A stretch of DNA of 63,963 nucleotides, filler included, from Octopus bimaculoides (GCF_001194135.2; 7 parts of 7 records of this genome joined end to end with filler, not necessarily neighbours in it), one strand, 5' to 3'. Shown: positions 48,641 to 61,849, counted from the first letter of the whole stretch. The notes: a model not told the origin generated them from the letters alone. Numbers and translations are program-made.

Positions 48641-49353
48641 NNNNNNNNNNNNNNNNNNNNNNNNNNNNNNNNNNNNNNNNNNNNNNNNNNNNNNNNNNNN
48701 NNNNNNNNNNNNNNNNNNNNNNNNNNNNNNNNNNNNNNNNNNNNNNNNNNNNNNNNNNNNNNNNNNNNNNNNNNNNNNNNNNNNNNNNNNNNNNNNNNNN
48801 NNNNNNNNNNNNNNNNNNNNNNNNNNNNNNNNNNNNNNNNNNNNNNNNNNNNNNNNNNNNNNNNNNNNNNNNNNNNNNNNNNNNNNNNNNNNNNNNNNNN
48901 NNNNNNNNNNNNNNNNNNNNNNNNNNNNNNNNNNNNNNNNNNNNNNNNNNNNNNNNNNNNNNNNNNNNNNNNNNNNNNNNNNNNNNNNNNNNNNNNNNNN
49001 NNNNNNNNNNNNNNNNNNNNNNNNNNNNNNNNNNNNNNNNNNNNNNNNNNNNNNNNNNNNNNNNNNNNNNNNNNNNNNNNNNNNNNNNNNNNNNNNNNNN
49101 NNNNNNNNNNNNNNNNNNNNNNNNNNNNNNNNNNNNNNNNNNNNNNNNNNNNNNNNNNNNNNNNNNNNNNNNNNNNNNNNNNNNNNNNNNNNNNNNNNNN
49201 NNNNNNNNNNNNNNNNNNNNNNNNNNNNNNNNNNNNNNNNNNNNNNNNNNNNNNNNNNNNNNNNNNNNNNNNNNNNNNNNNNNNNNNNNNNNNNNNNNNN
49301 NNNNNNNNNNNNNNNNNNNNNNNNNNNNNNNNNNNNNNNNNNNNNNNNNNNNN

Positions 49354-49386
<33 letters not shown>

Positions 49387-49724
49387 CATATGTGTGTGTG
49401 TGTGTATGTATGTATGTATAAATATACACACATATATATGTTTATATATAGAGAGAGATACGGATATATATGAATGTATGTATGTATGTATGTATGTATG
49501 TATGTATGTATATATGTATGTATGTATGTATGTATACATATACACACACTTCACAATGGACGATCGTGACAAAACGACCATGTCATTAGTTTGTCTTCCT
49601 GAATGGAGTTTCCAATTTACCATTTCAGGAATTAATTAAACATTTGATTTGGTTCGGTTGTCAATCGTATTATTCTTGTTGTTCTTATTACCGTTTTTGT
49701 TGCTCTTCCAAATGCTGTTGTTAT

Positions 49725-49757
49725 TATTGCAGCAGCAGCAGCAGCAGCAATAGTAGC

Positions 49758-49804
<47 letters not shown>

Positions 49805-49830
49805 CTGCTGTTGTTGTTGTTACTGCTGTT
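49725..49830. repeat. (CAG)n/(TAG)n/(TTG)n trinucleotide tract
   Basis: Direct reading. Confidence 0.9.
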
Positions 49831-50358
49831 GATTGTATCGGCTTCCTTTTAGTTTCACTTCTTCATATTTATTTATTTATTATTTTCATTTATTATTTAT
49901 TTAATATTTATTTACTTATGAACTTATTATTACTGCCTCCCTTTCGCCTTCAGTTAAATCAAATTTTTTTAATATAAATTTTATCAATCACAGTTATATA
50001 TTTTTTTTGTGGGGGGGGGGGTATCTTATTTTTCTCAATTTCTTTTTTTATTTATATTCTGGTGGATTATTTTTTAAAATTCTATTTTACTGAGAAAGAT
50101 TCCGTTTTCACAAACCTGAAACTAACACTACTACAACTTCTACTACGATTGCACATAGAAACTCATTTTACTAGTTATAACAAATTGTGATAGGGGAGGA
50201 GCTAGAGATAGAGAGAGAGAAGCAGAGAAACAGATAGAGAGACAGAGAGACAAATAGAGAGACAGAGAAACAGATAGAGAGACAGAGAAACAGATAGAGA
50301 GACAGAGAAACAGATAGAGAGACAGAGACACAGAGAAATATCTAGGATAAGACAAGTA

Positions 50359-50576
50359 CAAGGTGATGAGGAAAAGTTCCTGGCTTTAAGGGTGTCGCGA
50401 AAGGCTTGGTTGGAGGTCTAAACTTCCGAGTTCTTTTACAGGGCTTAGAGAAAACTGAAAGACTGTTGCACTAAGTGTGTGAATCTAAAAGAGGAATATG
50501 TTGAATAAAATCATAATTTACTGATCCTCTTCTATTTTCTTTTACCCAAAGCCAGGAACTTTTCAGCACCTCCTCG
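50359..50576 (+). mobile_element. 218-bp mariner-derived MITE with TA TSD
   Basis: ta|caaggtgatgaggaaaagttcctggcttt ... aaagccaggaacttttcagcacctcctcg|ta; transposase C-terminal remnant FFLQGLEK..CTKCVNLKEEYVE*. Confidence 0.85.
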
Positions 50577-50971
50577 TACTTTATTTATTGAACCCTGAAG
50601 TGATAAATACAAAGTTTGGCCCAAGACCAGCAACTTTAGTGAAAAAATGTTTGACGATTTTATCGATCCTAGTACTTGGTTGTTTCTTCCTTTCATTAAC
50701 TCCTTCGGAGTTAAGACGAAGTTGAATTCGCCTGGGTTTGAACTCAGATCGAAGAAATGCCAAACGTTCTAACGATTTTATCCGTTCCCCACCTTATCAA
50801 ACCCTGAAAAAAAAAATGAGTTGACCTCGCTGCGGTTTGAACTCACGGTTCAGAATAACGTACTTTATCTCTCGCGTTTTCTCTGCATTCTTTCTATCTA
50901 TCTATCTATNNNNNNNNNNNNNNNNNNNNNNNNNNNNNNNNNNNNNNNNNNNNNNNNNNNNNNNNNNNNNN

Positions 50972-51031
<60 letters not shown>

Positions 51032-51845
51032 ACTCCTCTTTCTTTGTCTTCTCTTCCTCTCTCTCTCCTCTGTTCCTTTCTCACCTTCCCTTTCATCTTT
51101 TCTCCCATTCATTCCCCTACTCTCTCTTCTCTACATCTTTCTCCTTAATTTCTCTCCCCACCTTCTCCTTCTATCTTCCATTCCCCTCTCCTATTTTCTT
51201 TTCTCTCTCTCTCTCTCTTTCTCTCTCTCTCAACTATCTATCTATTCTCCCTCACTCTCGCTTTCTCCTCTCACTCACTCTCTATCTATCTATTTATCAA
51301 TATATCTCTCTGTCACTCCTCTCTCTCTTTCGCTTGCAATCGAATCCAAAAGATGCGACATTCATATCGTGGGACCTCATCGCTCCTTTCCCCAACACCA
51401 CCACCAACACCACCACCTCCACCACCATCTCCAACACCCTTCTATGAACACAACAAAAATACAATCTATAACTTATATTTTACTTAATATTTTCTTGCAG
51501 TAGAATTAAATGTCGGTTACTATACTCCAAATATTTTCGAGAGGTTTGCGTGTAAATTCTACGATAACTACATGGCGCTTTTTAAATCACATTCGCCACG
51601 ACCTTTGACCTAGCGTGTTCTTATGTCACTTTCCCGTCTTTTCTAATCATTATAACAACGGCCTCTGCTATTTAGAACGTGCTGGCAATGTTAAAACACC
51701 GGTTCTCACGCACTTTTTACACGCAAATATATACATACATACATACATACATATCTATATGTATGTGTTTGTGTGCATGTGTCCGTGTATGTGCGTTTTT
51801 GTGCGTGTGTGTGTGTGTACGAGGGTCTGTGTATGCATGCATGTA

Positions 51846-51891
<46 letters not shown>

Positions 51892-51991
51892 NNNNNNNNN
51901 NNNNNNNNNNNNNNNNNNNNNNNNNNNNNNNNNNNTTAATTAATTAANNNNNNNNNNNNNNNNNNNNNNNNNNNNNNNNNNNNNNNNNNNN

Positions 51992-52292
51992 GTACCGCCT
52001 GACTGGCCTTCATAGGATTTTCGAGCAAGATCGTTGCCAGTGTCCCTGGACTGGCTTGTGCGGGTGGCACATAAAAGACACCATTTCGAGTGTGGCCGTT
52101 GCCAGTATCGCCTGACTGGCCTTCGTGCGGGTGACACGTAAAAGCACCTACTACACTCTCTGAGTGGTTGGGGTTAGGAAGGGCATCCAGCTGTAGAAAC
52201 TCTGCCAAATTTAGATTGGAGCTTGGTGTTGCCATCCGATTTCACCAGTCCTCAGTCAGATCGTCCAACACATGCTAGCATGGAAAGCGGAC
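51992..52292 (+). mobile_element. RTE 3' UTR copy
   Basis: Same UTR and tail as 4875-5218, ending gctagcatggaaagcggacgttaaatgatgatgat. Confidence 0.9.
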
Positions 52293-52794
52293 GTTAAATG
52301 ATGATGATGATAATACGCATACATACATATACATGCATATATATGGTAGAAGACTCTCTTTAAAGAATAGAGCTGAATTTCATGTAGCCACCTGTTTGCA
52401 ACTTTTCTCCTCCCCACCCCTTGTAGGGGGTATTACCCATTTTTCTGAGCTCTTTTCACAGCTATATGACGTTCGAAATTAGCATTAGTTTTTGTATGAA
52501 AAAAGGAAAAGGAAGGGAGACAGGCTTGTTTGTAGTTTGTGGAGAAAATTTTAAACTTGCTTGAAAAACCACATGGTCTTACCCCACAACTAAAAGACAG
52601 GAAGAACTATAAGAGAAGGCGAATAAGTACTGGGGGTGGGTAAAAGAAGAGAGAACTACCACTCAATCGTTCTAAAACTCCCAGAATAAAAACGTAAACA
52701 CCTGAAAGACTTTCAGTCTATTTATTACAACAGAGGGTTTCTTTTCTCTGTCTCTATTACTTCAGTCTTTTTCTCTATGGTTAAGAGAGTAAAG

Positions 52795-52968
52795 GTGCAT
52801 GGCTCAGTGGTTAGGGGTATTCAGCCCACAATCGTAAAGCTATGAGTATGATCCCCTGCAGTGTTCTGTGTTCTTGAGCAAGGTATTCTAATTCACCTTG
52901 CTGCAGTTCACTCAGCTGGCAAAAATGAGTTGTAACTGTAATTCAAAGGAGTCAGCTTTGTCACATTC

Positions 52969-52975
<7 letters not shown>
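52795..52975 (+). mobile_element. Third tRNA-derived SINE family, decayed
   Basis: A-box-like tggctcagtggttag; cttgagcaaggtattctaattcaccttgctgcagttcactcagctggcaaaaatgagt. Confidence 0.6.
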
Positions 52976-52999
<24 letters not shown>

Positions 53000-53417
53000 C
53001 GGATAGAAAACAGTGAAGGGGAGTATGTTTCTGTCTGTTACACCTCATTAGACATCTGTATAGCTTAGTTACTCCAAGTTACAATGATTTTTACATGTAA
53101 AAAAACAGTTACAAGTAATTTTATGCTGGTATATTTTTTATAATTAAATAAAATATATGAGCTAAGGTTGATAACTCAAATGGACCCATGGCATGGATTT
53201 ATATAAAATAAATTATGAAGATGACATACTGAATTCTATATACAAAAATTCTAAATTAAGAGAAAATTTCACTCTAAACTAAAGACAGAAATAAAATTCT
53301 GTAGTAATTTTTAGTAAGATTCAAAGAAAAGGGGAAATAATTTCAAAAAATTAGACAAATACTCAAAGTTAATGTACATGATACAGGAGCAGGATTCAAA
53401 ATTGAAGCAAAAGATAA

Positions 53418-53457
53418 CTATGGACATATTTCAATCTATTAGACCTCATCAGCATAG
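53418..53457 (-). ncRNA. Minimal type I hammerhead ribozyme motif (Penelope type)
   Basis: Minus strand ctatg-CTGATGA-ggtct aat agatt-GAAA-t at g-TC-catag: 5-bp stem I, stem II with G.U pairs, GUC cleavage triplet. Confidence 0.75.
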
Positions 53458-53705
53458 AATAGTTTACTCCAACCTGACTCACCAGTTGACAGAAGTTTTA
53501 TTTTTTTATTCATAAATTACAATGGTTAAAATTATTTATAACTATTTTCTCTATATTAGAAGAATGTCTTAAAGAACAGATTAGTCTGTAGATATTATCA
53601 TTTTGACTGTCCAGTTAATTTAATACTATCAGTGATAGTAAGACAGAAGAATGGAAGACAGAAGCATGGAAGGCAAATGTTAAATGATGATAATGATGAT
53701 CATGA

Positions 53706-53752
<47 letters not shown>

Positions 53753-54239
53753 NNNNNNNNNNNNNNNNNNNNNNNNNNNNNNNNNNNNNNNNNNNNNNNN
53801 NNNNNNNNNNNNNNNNNNNNNNNNNNNNNNNNNNNNNNNNNNNNNNNNNNNNNNNNNNNNNNNNNNNNNNNNNNNNNNNNNNNNNNNNNNNNNNNNNNNN
53901 NNNNNNNNNNNNNNNNNNNNNNNNNNNNNNNNNNNNNNNNNNNNNNNNNNNNNNNNNNNNNNNNNNNNNNNNNNNNNNNNNNNNNNNNNNNNNNGTTGTG
54001 TGTCGATAAGCCAGCTGGAGGAGATGTCCTCCTGGGGCTAAAAGCAACAGTAACATCCACCCCTAGGGGTCAGCCACACTTAAGTGGCAATATACTACAC
54101 TTTATCGTGCAGTTACTGTTAATACTTCATTTAGAGAATTAACTTTGCTTATATATATATATATATATATATATGATATATATATATTCTTCTCTGGTCT
54201 TCTAACTTATTAATTTGATACTTATTGTTTACATCAGTA

Positions 54240-54245
54240 TTTATT
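54240..54245 (-). terminator. Putative AATAAA polyadenylation signal of the orphan gene
   Basis: tttatt on plus, about 90 nt after the TGA at 54336. Confidence 0.45.
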
Positions 54246-54335
54246 GCATAGTTCAGAGGCAGACAAATGAAAAGAGCCTTAAGTTCAATTCCTTATAGAT
54301 GAATATTTTCAAGTTCTTTGCATCCAAGTTTATGT

Positions 54336-54482
54336 TCAAATATATAGAATGTATACTAAGGAAGCCAAGTGTAACATAAATCTTGCCTTCCTGAGACAGC
54401 TGTCAAGTGAAGACATTACAAATTTTTTTACATTTTTCCTTCTTTTCAGAATGAATGCTATGTCATTGCTGTAATTAAATAC
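54336..54482 (-). CDS. Orphan membrane/GPI-like protein, terminal exon
   Basis: Acceptor ttaaacag, phase 0; VFNYSNDIAFILKRRKNVKKFVMSSLDSCLRKARFMLHLASLVYILYI*; 88-nt intron to the previous exon. Confidence 0.6.
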   Translation of the reverse strand, partial: VFNYSNDIAFILKRRKNVKKFVMSSLDSCLRKARFMLHLASLVYILYI

Positions 54483-54570
54483 CTGTTTAAGTTTGTTTCT
54501 TTTAAAATAGAATGATTTTTGATGACATGGGTATATTAGTATATTTGTGTGTGTGTTTTAATTTACTTAC

Positions 54571-54767
54571 CTCATAGACCATAGGGTGAGGAAGCTGAAT
54601 ATATCTTGGCTTTTCTGCAATACCTAATTTAAATGTTGTTTCAAAGCATCTGGGATCCTTTGAAGCTGCTATTGCCTTCTTTTGTCCCTTGTTAAAAATA
54701 ATGTAAACTGAAGTGCGGTTAACCTGAGGATAACAAGCTTTTACATCCCATATTGTGGCATGAGTGT
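54571..54767 (-). CDS. Orphan protein, internal exon (197 nt, phase 1 to 0)
   Basis: Acceptor ttttttctatttgccag, donor GAG|gtaagt; (D)THATIWDVKACYPQVNRTSVYIIFNKGQKKAIAASKDPRCFETTFKLGIAEKPRYIQLPHPMVYE. Confidence 0.7.
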
Positions 54768-55615
54768 CTGGCAAATAGAAAAAAGGGAAACAAATTTATC
54801 AATTTAACTCTGTAATATTTAAAACATTTAAAGACTTTTACAGAGTGGAAAGTTAGTCTACTTTTCTATTCTAGTATTCTGTGGCCAGGCTGGTACACCA
54901 TTATAATAATGCAATGGAAACTAGTACAGAACATTGAAATTGTTTTGAAAAGAATATGAGAACATGAATAATCATGTGAATTTGAATTATTTACTCATTT
55001 TGTCTAAAGAAATGTTGTTGTTTTTTTACATGTTTTGTTCATGAATCAGACTTAAATTTGAATCTAATTCTTTTTTTTTTAACAACATCCGCTCTAATTT
55101 CATTACAGAGTGGTTGATGTTAAAGTAGTAGAAAAAATTACTTAATCACTATGACCAAAGTTATTTCTACCATTGTCTTCTACATTTCAATATTCTTTCC
55201 ATCAATGCTAAAATGCAAAAGAAAACAAAAAAGGAAGTTAGAATGCTCTCAACAAAAGAACAATTTCTCAAATGAAACTTCACCCCACTATCACCATCAT
55301 TATTATTATCATCCTTGCCATCATCATCCTCATCACCACCACTTCCATCATCAACACCACCACCATCATCGATTTAATGTACACTTTTCCATGCTTGCAT
55401 AGATTTTCTGAAGCAGATTTTATATGGTCATATGCCCTTCTTGTCACCAACCCTCCCGTTTTCATATATATATATATATATATATATATGGTCCTTTCTC
55501 TGTGTTTACTTGTCCTGTTTTCTATTTTTTCTCTCATTGTTTCTGTGTTTCCTGTTGTTGCACAGTTGGTGATGTCCTATACCCATATATGCATTATATA
55601 TATATATATATATAT

Positions 55616-55790
55616 AGGGAGAATTCACAAAGACAGGTGGTGTAGATAACAAACAGATGTATTAGTATAACGCTCGGGAAGTGAAAAAATCTTTAACGTT
55701 TCGAGCCTACGCTCTTCCACAGAAAGGAACACAGAAAGAAACAAGGAGAGAAAATAAAGAATGTGTAGTGGCTAGTGATTAGTTATTATT
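55616..55790 (-). mobile_element. Penelope-associated repeat carrying a degenerate hammerhead (55691-55726)
   Basis: Minus strand cttt-CTGTGGA-a-gagc gtag gctc-GAAA-cg-TT-aaag; core position A6 is changed to U. Confidence 0.55.
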
Positions 55791-56034
55791 TTTTAATTGA
55801 ATGCCACACATCCATTTCCAAGTAAGTTCATTTTCACCCTTTTGATGAGCCTCTACTCTATACTGTTTTCATTCTCCATCCTTTTCTAATTCCCTTTTTC
55901 TCCTCCTCCCTCTTTCACCATTGTCTATCTGTCTGTCTCTCTCTCTCCCTCTTTTGCTTTTTCTCCCTCTTGTTGCTCACATGTAACTATTGTCCACCTT
56001 TCTTTTCCTCACATAACCATTCTTTTCTACTCTA

Positions 56035-56160
56035 GGTACAAGGCCCGAAATTTCTGGAGGAGGGGCCCAGGTGATTAGATCAACCCAGTACACAACTGGT
56101 ACTTAATTTATCGACCCTGAAAGGATGAAAGGCAAGGTCGACCTCGGCAGAATTTGAACT
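56035..56160 (-). mobile_element. Second-family SINE, 5'-truncated
   Basis: aactggtacttaatttatcgaccctgaaaggatgaaaggcaaggtcgacctcggcagaatttgaact. Confidence 0.85.
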
Positions 56161-56193
56161 AGTTTCAGAATTTATTGCTCTTCATCAGTCTGG
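56157..56193 (-). ncRNA. Hammerhead core lacking the 3' strand of stem I
   Basis: Minus strand ccaga-CTGATGA-agag caataaa ttct-GAAA-ctag-TT, then SINE sequence. Confidence 0.55.
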
Positions 56194-56302
56194 AGTAGCA
56201 CANNNNNNNNNNNNNNNNNNNNNNNNNNNNNNNNNNNNNNNNNNNNTTAATTAATTAANNNNNNNNNNNNNNNNNNNNNNNNNNNNNNNNNNNNNNNNNN
56301 NN

Positions 56303-58896
56303 GAACGTATGTACATACGTACGTACGAACGACCGAACGTACGTTCAGATTTACGAACGAACAACAGAACGTACGTAGGTTCGAAAAAAACGAACGAACG
56401 AACGTACGTAATTACGAAAAAAACGAACAAACGAACGAACTTACGTACGTAAATACGTACGAAAGATCGAACGAACGAACGTACGTAGTTACGAAAAAAA
56501 CTAACGAACGAACTTACGTACGAACGATCGAACGAACGTAGGTACGAAAGAATGAGCAAACGAACGTACGTGCGGACGTACATTCGTAAGTACGGACGTG
56601 CGTACGAACAAAACAACGAACGTAAGTACGTACGAATGAAACAACGAACGCACGTACGTACGAACGTACGACCGAAAGAACGTACGTACGTACATACGAA
56701 CGAACGGGCGAAGGAACTGGCGAACGTAGATACGTGCGTACGAACGAACGATCGAAGGAACGAATGTACGTACGTACGTACGAATGAAAGAACGTACGTA
56801 CGTACGAATAAACGAACGAAAGCATCTACATACCTCCGTACCTACGAACGAACGCAAGAACGGACGTCGGAACGTACGTTCGTACGAATAAAATACCGAA
56901 CGGACGGACGTACAAACGTACGTACGTTAGCACGAACGTAGGAACGCACGAACTAACGAAAGAAGGAACGTATGTACATATGTACGTACGAATGACCGAA
57001 TGTTCGTTATTACTTACGAACGAACGTAGGTACGATGAACGAACCAACCAGCGAACAACTAACGAACGTACGTACTTACGTACGAATGAACGAACGAATG
57101 AAAGATCGAACGTACGTAGGTATGAAAAAAATGAACGAACGAACTTGCGTACGAAAAAAACGAACAAACGAACAACGAACGAACGATCGTACGAACGAAC
57201 GTAGGTACGAAAGAATGATCAAACAAACGTACGTACGGACGTACGTTCGTAAGTACGTACGAGCGTATGTACGAACGAACGAAACAACGAACGTCCGTTT
57301 GTACGTACATTCATACATACGAATGAACGAACGAACGTAAGTACGAACGAAACAACGAACGTACGTATGTACGAACGTACGATCGAAGGAAGGAACGAAA
57401 GAACGAATGAACGAAAGTACGACCGAACGTAAGAACGTACGTACGTACGANNNNNNNNNNNNNNNNNNNNNNNNNNNNNNNNNNNNNNNNNNNNNNNNNN
57501 NNNNNNNNNNNNNNNNNNNNNNNNNNNNNNNNNNNNNNNNNNNNNNNNNNNNNNNNNNNNNNNNNNNNNNNNNNNNNNNNNNNNNNNNNNNNNNNNNNNN
57601 NNNNNNNNNNNNNNNNNNNNNNNNNNNNNNNNNNNNNNNNNNNNNNNNNNNNNNNNNNNNNNNNNNNNNNNNNNNNNNNNNNNNNNNNNNNNNNNNNNNN
57701 NNNNNNNNNNNNNNNNNNNNNNNNNNNNNNNNNNNNNNNNNNNNNNNNNNNNNNNNNNNNNNNNNNNNNNNNNNNNNNNNNNNNNNNNNNNNNNNNNNNN
57801 NNNNNNNNNNNNNNNNNNNNNNNNNNNNNNNNNNNNNNNNNNNNNNNNNNNNNNNNNNNNNNNNNNNNNNNNNNNNNNNNNNNNNNNNNNNNNNNNNNNN
57901 NNNNNNNNNNNNNNNNNNNNNNNNNNNNNNNNNNNNNNNNNNNNNNNNNNNNNNNNNNNNNNNNNNNNNNNNNNNNNNNNNNNNNNNNNNNNNNNNNNNN
58001 NNNNNNNNATAAAATAACGAATAAAGGTACGTATATTCGTACGTAACGAACGACCGAACCGAAGGACGAACGTACGTACGTTAGCACGAACGAACGTAGG
58101 AACGTACGAACTAACGAACGTACGAATGCACAAAAGAACGAACAAACGAACGTACGTATGTACGACCGAAGGAAGGAACGAAAGAATGAACGTACGTACG
58201 AATGAACGAACGAACGAAAGTACGACCGAACGTAAGAACGTACGTACGTACGAACGGACCAATGAACGAACGATCGAACAAACAATAGAAAGAACGAACG
58301 TAAGTTTGTACGTAGGTACGAACGAACCAACGAGGAAACGAACGTACGTACGTACGAAGGAACGTACGTACATACGGACGAACAAATAAACGAACGAAAG
58401 CATCTATATACCTCCGTACCTACGAACGAGCGATCGAACGAACGAACGCACGTTCGTACGAATAAAACAACGAACGAACGACCGCACGGACGGACGAACG
58501 AACGTATGTACGTACGAATGCACAAACGAACGAACGTAACTACGTACGTATGTACGAACGAAAGAAGGAACGTATGTACATACGTACGTACGAATGACCG
58601 AACGTACGTTCGTACTTACGAACGAAGGAACGAACGACCGCGCGAAGCAAGCAACGAACGTACGTACTTACGTACGAATGAACGAAGTAATGAAAGATCG
58701 AACGAACGGTACGCAGGTACGAAAAAACGAACAACGAACGAACTTACGTACGTAAATACGTACGAACGATCGAACGAACGAACAAACATAAGAAATAACG
58801 AACGAACGTAGGTACGAAAAAAACGAATAAACGAACGAACTTACGTACGAACGATCGAACGTAAGAAATAACGAACGAAAGTAGGTACGAAAGAAT
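56303..58896. repeat. CpG-dense (ACGA/ACGT)n cryptic satellite with higher-order repeats
   Basis: Built almost entirely of acga/acgt/tacg tetramers; diagnostic blocks recur (see findings); internal gap at 57451-58008. Confidence 0.9.
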
Positions 58897-59067
58897 NNNN
58901 NNNNNNNNNNNNNNNNNNNNNNNNNNNNNNNNNNNNNNNNTTAATTAATTAANNNNNNNNNNNNNNNNNNNNNNNNNNNNNNNNNNNNNNNNNNNNAATG
59001 CAAAACAAAAGTCAAACATAAAATAATAATAATAATAATAATGATTATTATTATCATTATTTCTACT

Positions 59068-59200
59068 CTAGGCCTTGAAGCCTTTTGGGGGAAGGGGGTT
59101 AGACGATTACATCGACCCCGGTGTTCAACTGGTACTTATTTAATCGACCCCGAAAGGATCAAAAGCAAAATTGACCGTAGTGAGATTCGAATTCAGAATG
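59068..59200 (-). mobile_element. Second-family SINE, decayed
   Basis: gattacatcgaccccggtgttcaactggtacttatttaatcgaccccgaaaggatcaaaagcaaa. Confidence 0.75.
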
Positions 59201-59496
59201 TCAAATCGTGTATGAAATGGCTTTAAGCAGTTTGTTCTATGCGCTTCTGAAAAGTCTATCTGCTCGTAATAAAGGTTTCTAATTTGGATACATTCGTCCA
59301 TAGCTGCCTTCATTAAAAAAAAAATGTGATAGTATTTTCCTGAACTGGTCGCAATTACTGCTAGGCGTTTGTGTACCTTCTATTGCAGTGACGGTATCTT
59401 TAGCAAGTACGATATATGCATTTCGCGCCATTTCATTCACATTTCAGACACTCATCTTAATAAATTAGTGACTGAAGTATTTTCTGGAATAGCGAG

Positions 59497-59628
<132 letters not shown>

Positions 59629-60700
59629 TGAACTACTTGACTTGATATAAGTCATTAGTTATAAGTATAGAGACACAGACACACACATACGCACACACAC
59701 GCATACGCATACACATATATATATGTGTGTGTGTGCGTGTGTGTGTAATCTGTGTACGTGTGTGTCTGTGTGTGTTAGCCCTTTGCAAAATGAGGGCAGA
59801 TTGTAACTTCGAAGTTTCAGGCCGCTAGCTTTCGTATTAAAAAAAGATTATCGAGTAAGACTTCAGCTTACTGTTAAATTGCTTTGCTTATTTATTTCAA
59901 CATGACGTAAAAAGCACATTAATACATGCATGCTTACATATATACACAAACACATACATATATACATGCATGTATGTATGTATATGTGTATACATGCATG
60001 CATATATGTACGTGTGTATGCATGCATACATGTATCTACGTACGTATTTATGTATGTATGCATGTATACAGATATGTACAAATACAGTTACATTCCGACA
60101 ACAACAATGAAGTATATAATTATATACCCATCCTCCATCACTCACACCAACTTACATACTATAGACACGCACACACATGCACACACAAACATACAATAAC
60201 ACATACGAACATACACACACGCACAAACACACATGCTTACACGTTCATCATCAGCCGNNNNNNNNNNNNNNNNNNNNNNNNNNNNNNNNNNNNNNNNNNN
60301 NTTAATTAATTAANNNNNNNNNNNNNNNNNNNNNNNNNNNNNNNNNNNNNNNNNNNNTATATATATATATATGTGTGTGTGTATATATATATATATGTTT
60401 CTATATATATATTGATATGTATGTATACATCTATATGCCTGTATATATTTGAACACACACGTATATGTATATACATAATATATATATGTATATAAATATG
60501 TGTACATTGTTGAGCGCATTGAGTGTATAGAGTGTTGGTGGATGCAGAAATAATCATTAGGAAGCATGATGGAAAGAAGATAAAACGGAAATAGAGCCAG
60601 ACCAGCAGAGAAACAGGATAGATCAGTTAGATAGAGTGATTGTTAGATAGACAAGCAAAGAGACAGACAGGCAGACACACAGACACACAGTCAGAGAGGT

Positions 60701-60761
<61 letters not shown>

Positions 60762-61007
60762 NNNNNNNNNNNNNNNNNNNNNNNNNNNNNNNNNNNNNNN
60801 NNNNNNNNNNNNNNNNNNNNNNNNNNNNNNNNNNNNNNNNNNNNNNNNNNNNNNNNNNNNNNNNNNNNNNNNNNNNNNNNNNNNNNNNNNNNNNNNNNNN
60901 NNNNNNNNNNNNNNNNNNNNNNNNNNNNNNNNNNNNNNNNNNNNNNNNNNNNNNNNNNNNNNNNNNNNNNNNNNNNNNNNNNNNNNNNNNNNNNNNNNNN
61001 NNNNNNN

Positions 61008-61274
61008 GAGAGATGGACACTCAGACGGACGAAAAGGTGGACAGACGGACAGACAGATAGATAGATAGATAGATAGATGGATAGATGGATGGATGGACAC
61101 TCAGACGGACGAACAGATGGACAGACGGACGGACGGACAGACAGACAGATAGGTAGGTAGGTAGGTAGGTAGGTAGGTAAGTAGGTAGGTAGATAGATAG
61201 ATAGATACGTACATACACACATACATACATAGATTAGACAGACAGACAGACGGACGGACGGACGTATTGATGGA

Positions 61275-61310
<36 letters not shown>

Positions 61311-61350
61311 TAGATTGATTGATTGATTGATTGATAGATAGATTTTATCT
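61008..61350. repeat. Compound tetranucleotide microsatellite (GATA/GACA/GACG/GGTA/GATT)
   Basis: Direct reading. Confidence 0.9.
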
Positions 61351-61849
61351 ATCTAGTGGTTGCATGCTTAGGAGAAACCGCTGCAAGCTCGGGTAAAATG
61401 CTTGCGTAAATGCTAATATAAGTCATAACAGAAGCACCAGAACAACATTTTCTGGTTTCAACGATAACGTACACCAAAGTATTTGTATAAACATTGTTTT
61501 TCTCTAATCCCTCTCACATTTCCGTACTCCATGCTGATATTTCCCGTCAATCTGGACCCCTATTTCCGTTCTTCACTCACCATATTTACCATTAACAGTT
61601 CCTTACTCTCTTCTGACACTCTCTTCACTTTCATTCACTTTCATTCACTCTCATTCACTTTCATTCACTTTCATTCTCTCCTCCTCCTTCTTCAAGTTTC
61701 CCTCTCCTTCTCCTTTCTTGTTCTTCTGGATTTGCACCGTCAAAACTAACTTTTTCTTTTCCTAGCTTCTCCCACACTTATGTATTGAGGGGTAGCAATG
61801 GGTCTTCTCTAAAGCTACACAACGATTTTTGTCCTTTCATCCACTGTTA

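Noticed and set aside
56251-58811. Long RTYV/RSFV/TNER ORFs
   Set aside because: They are a by-product of the stop-poor tetranucleotide satellite, with no splice or start context.
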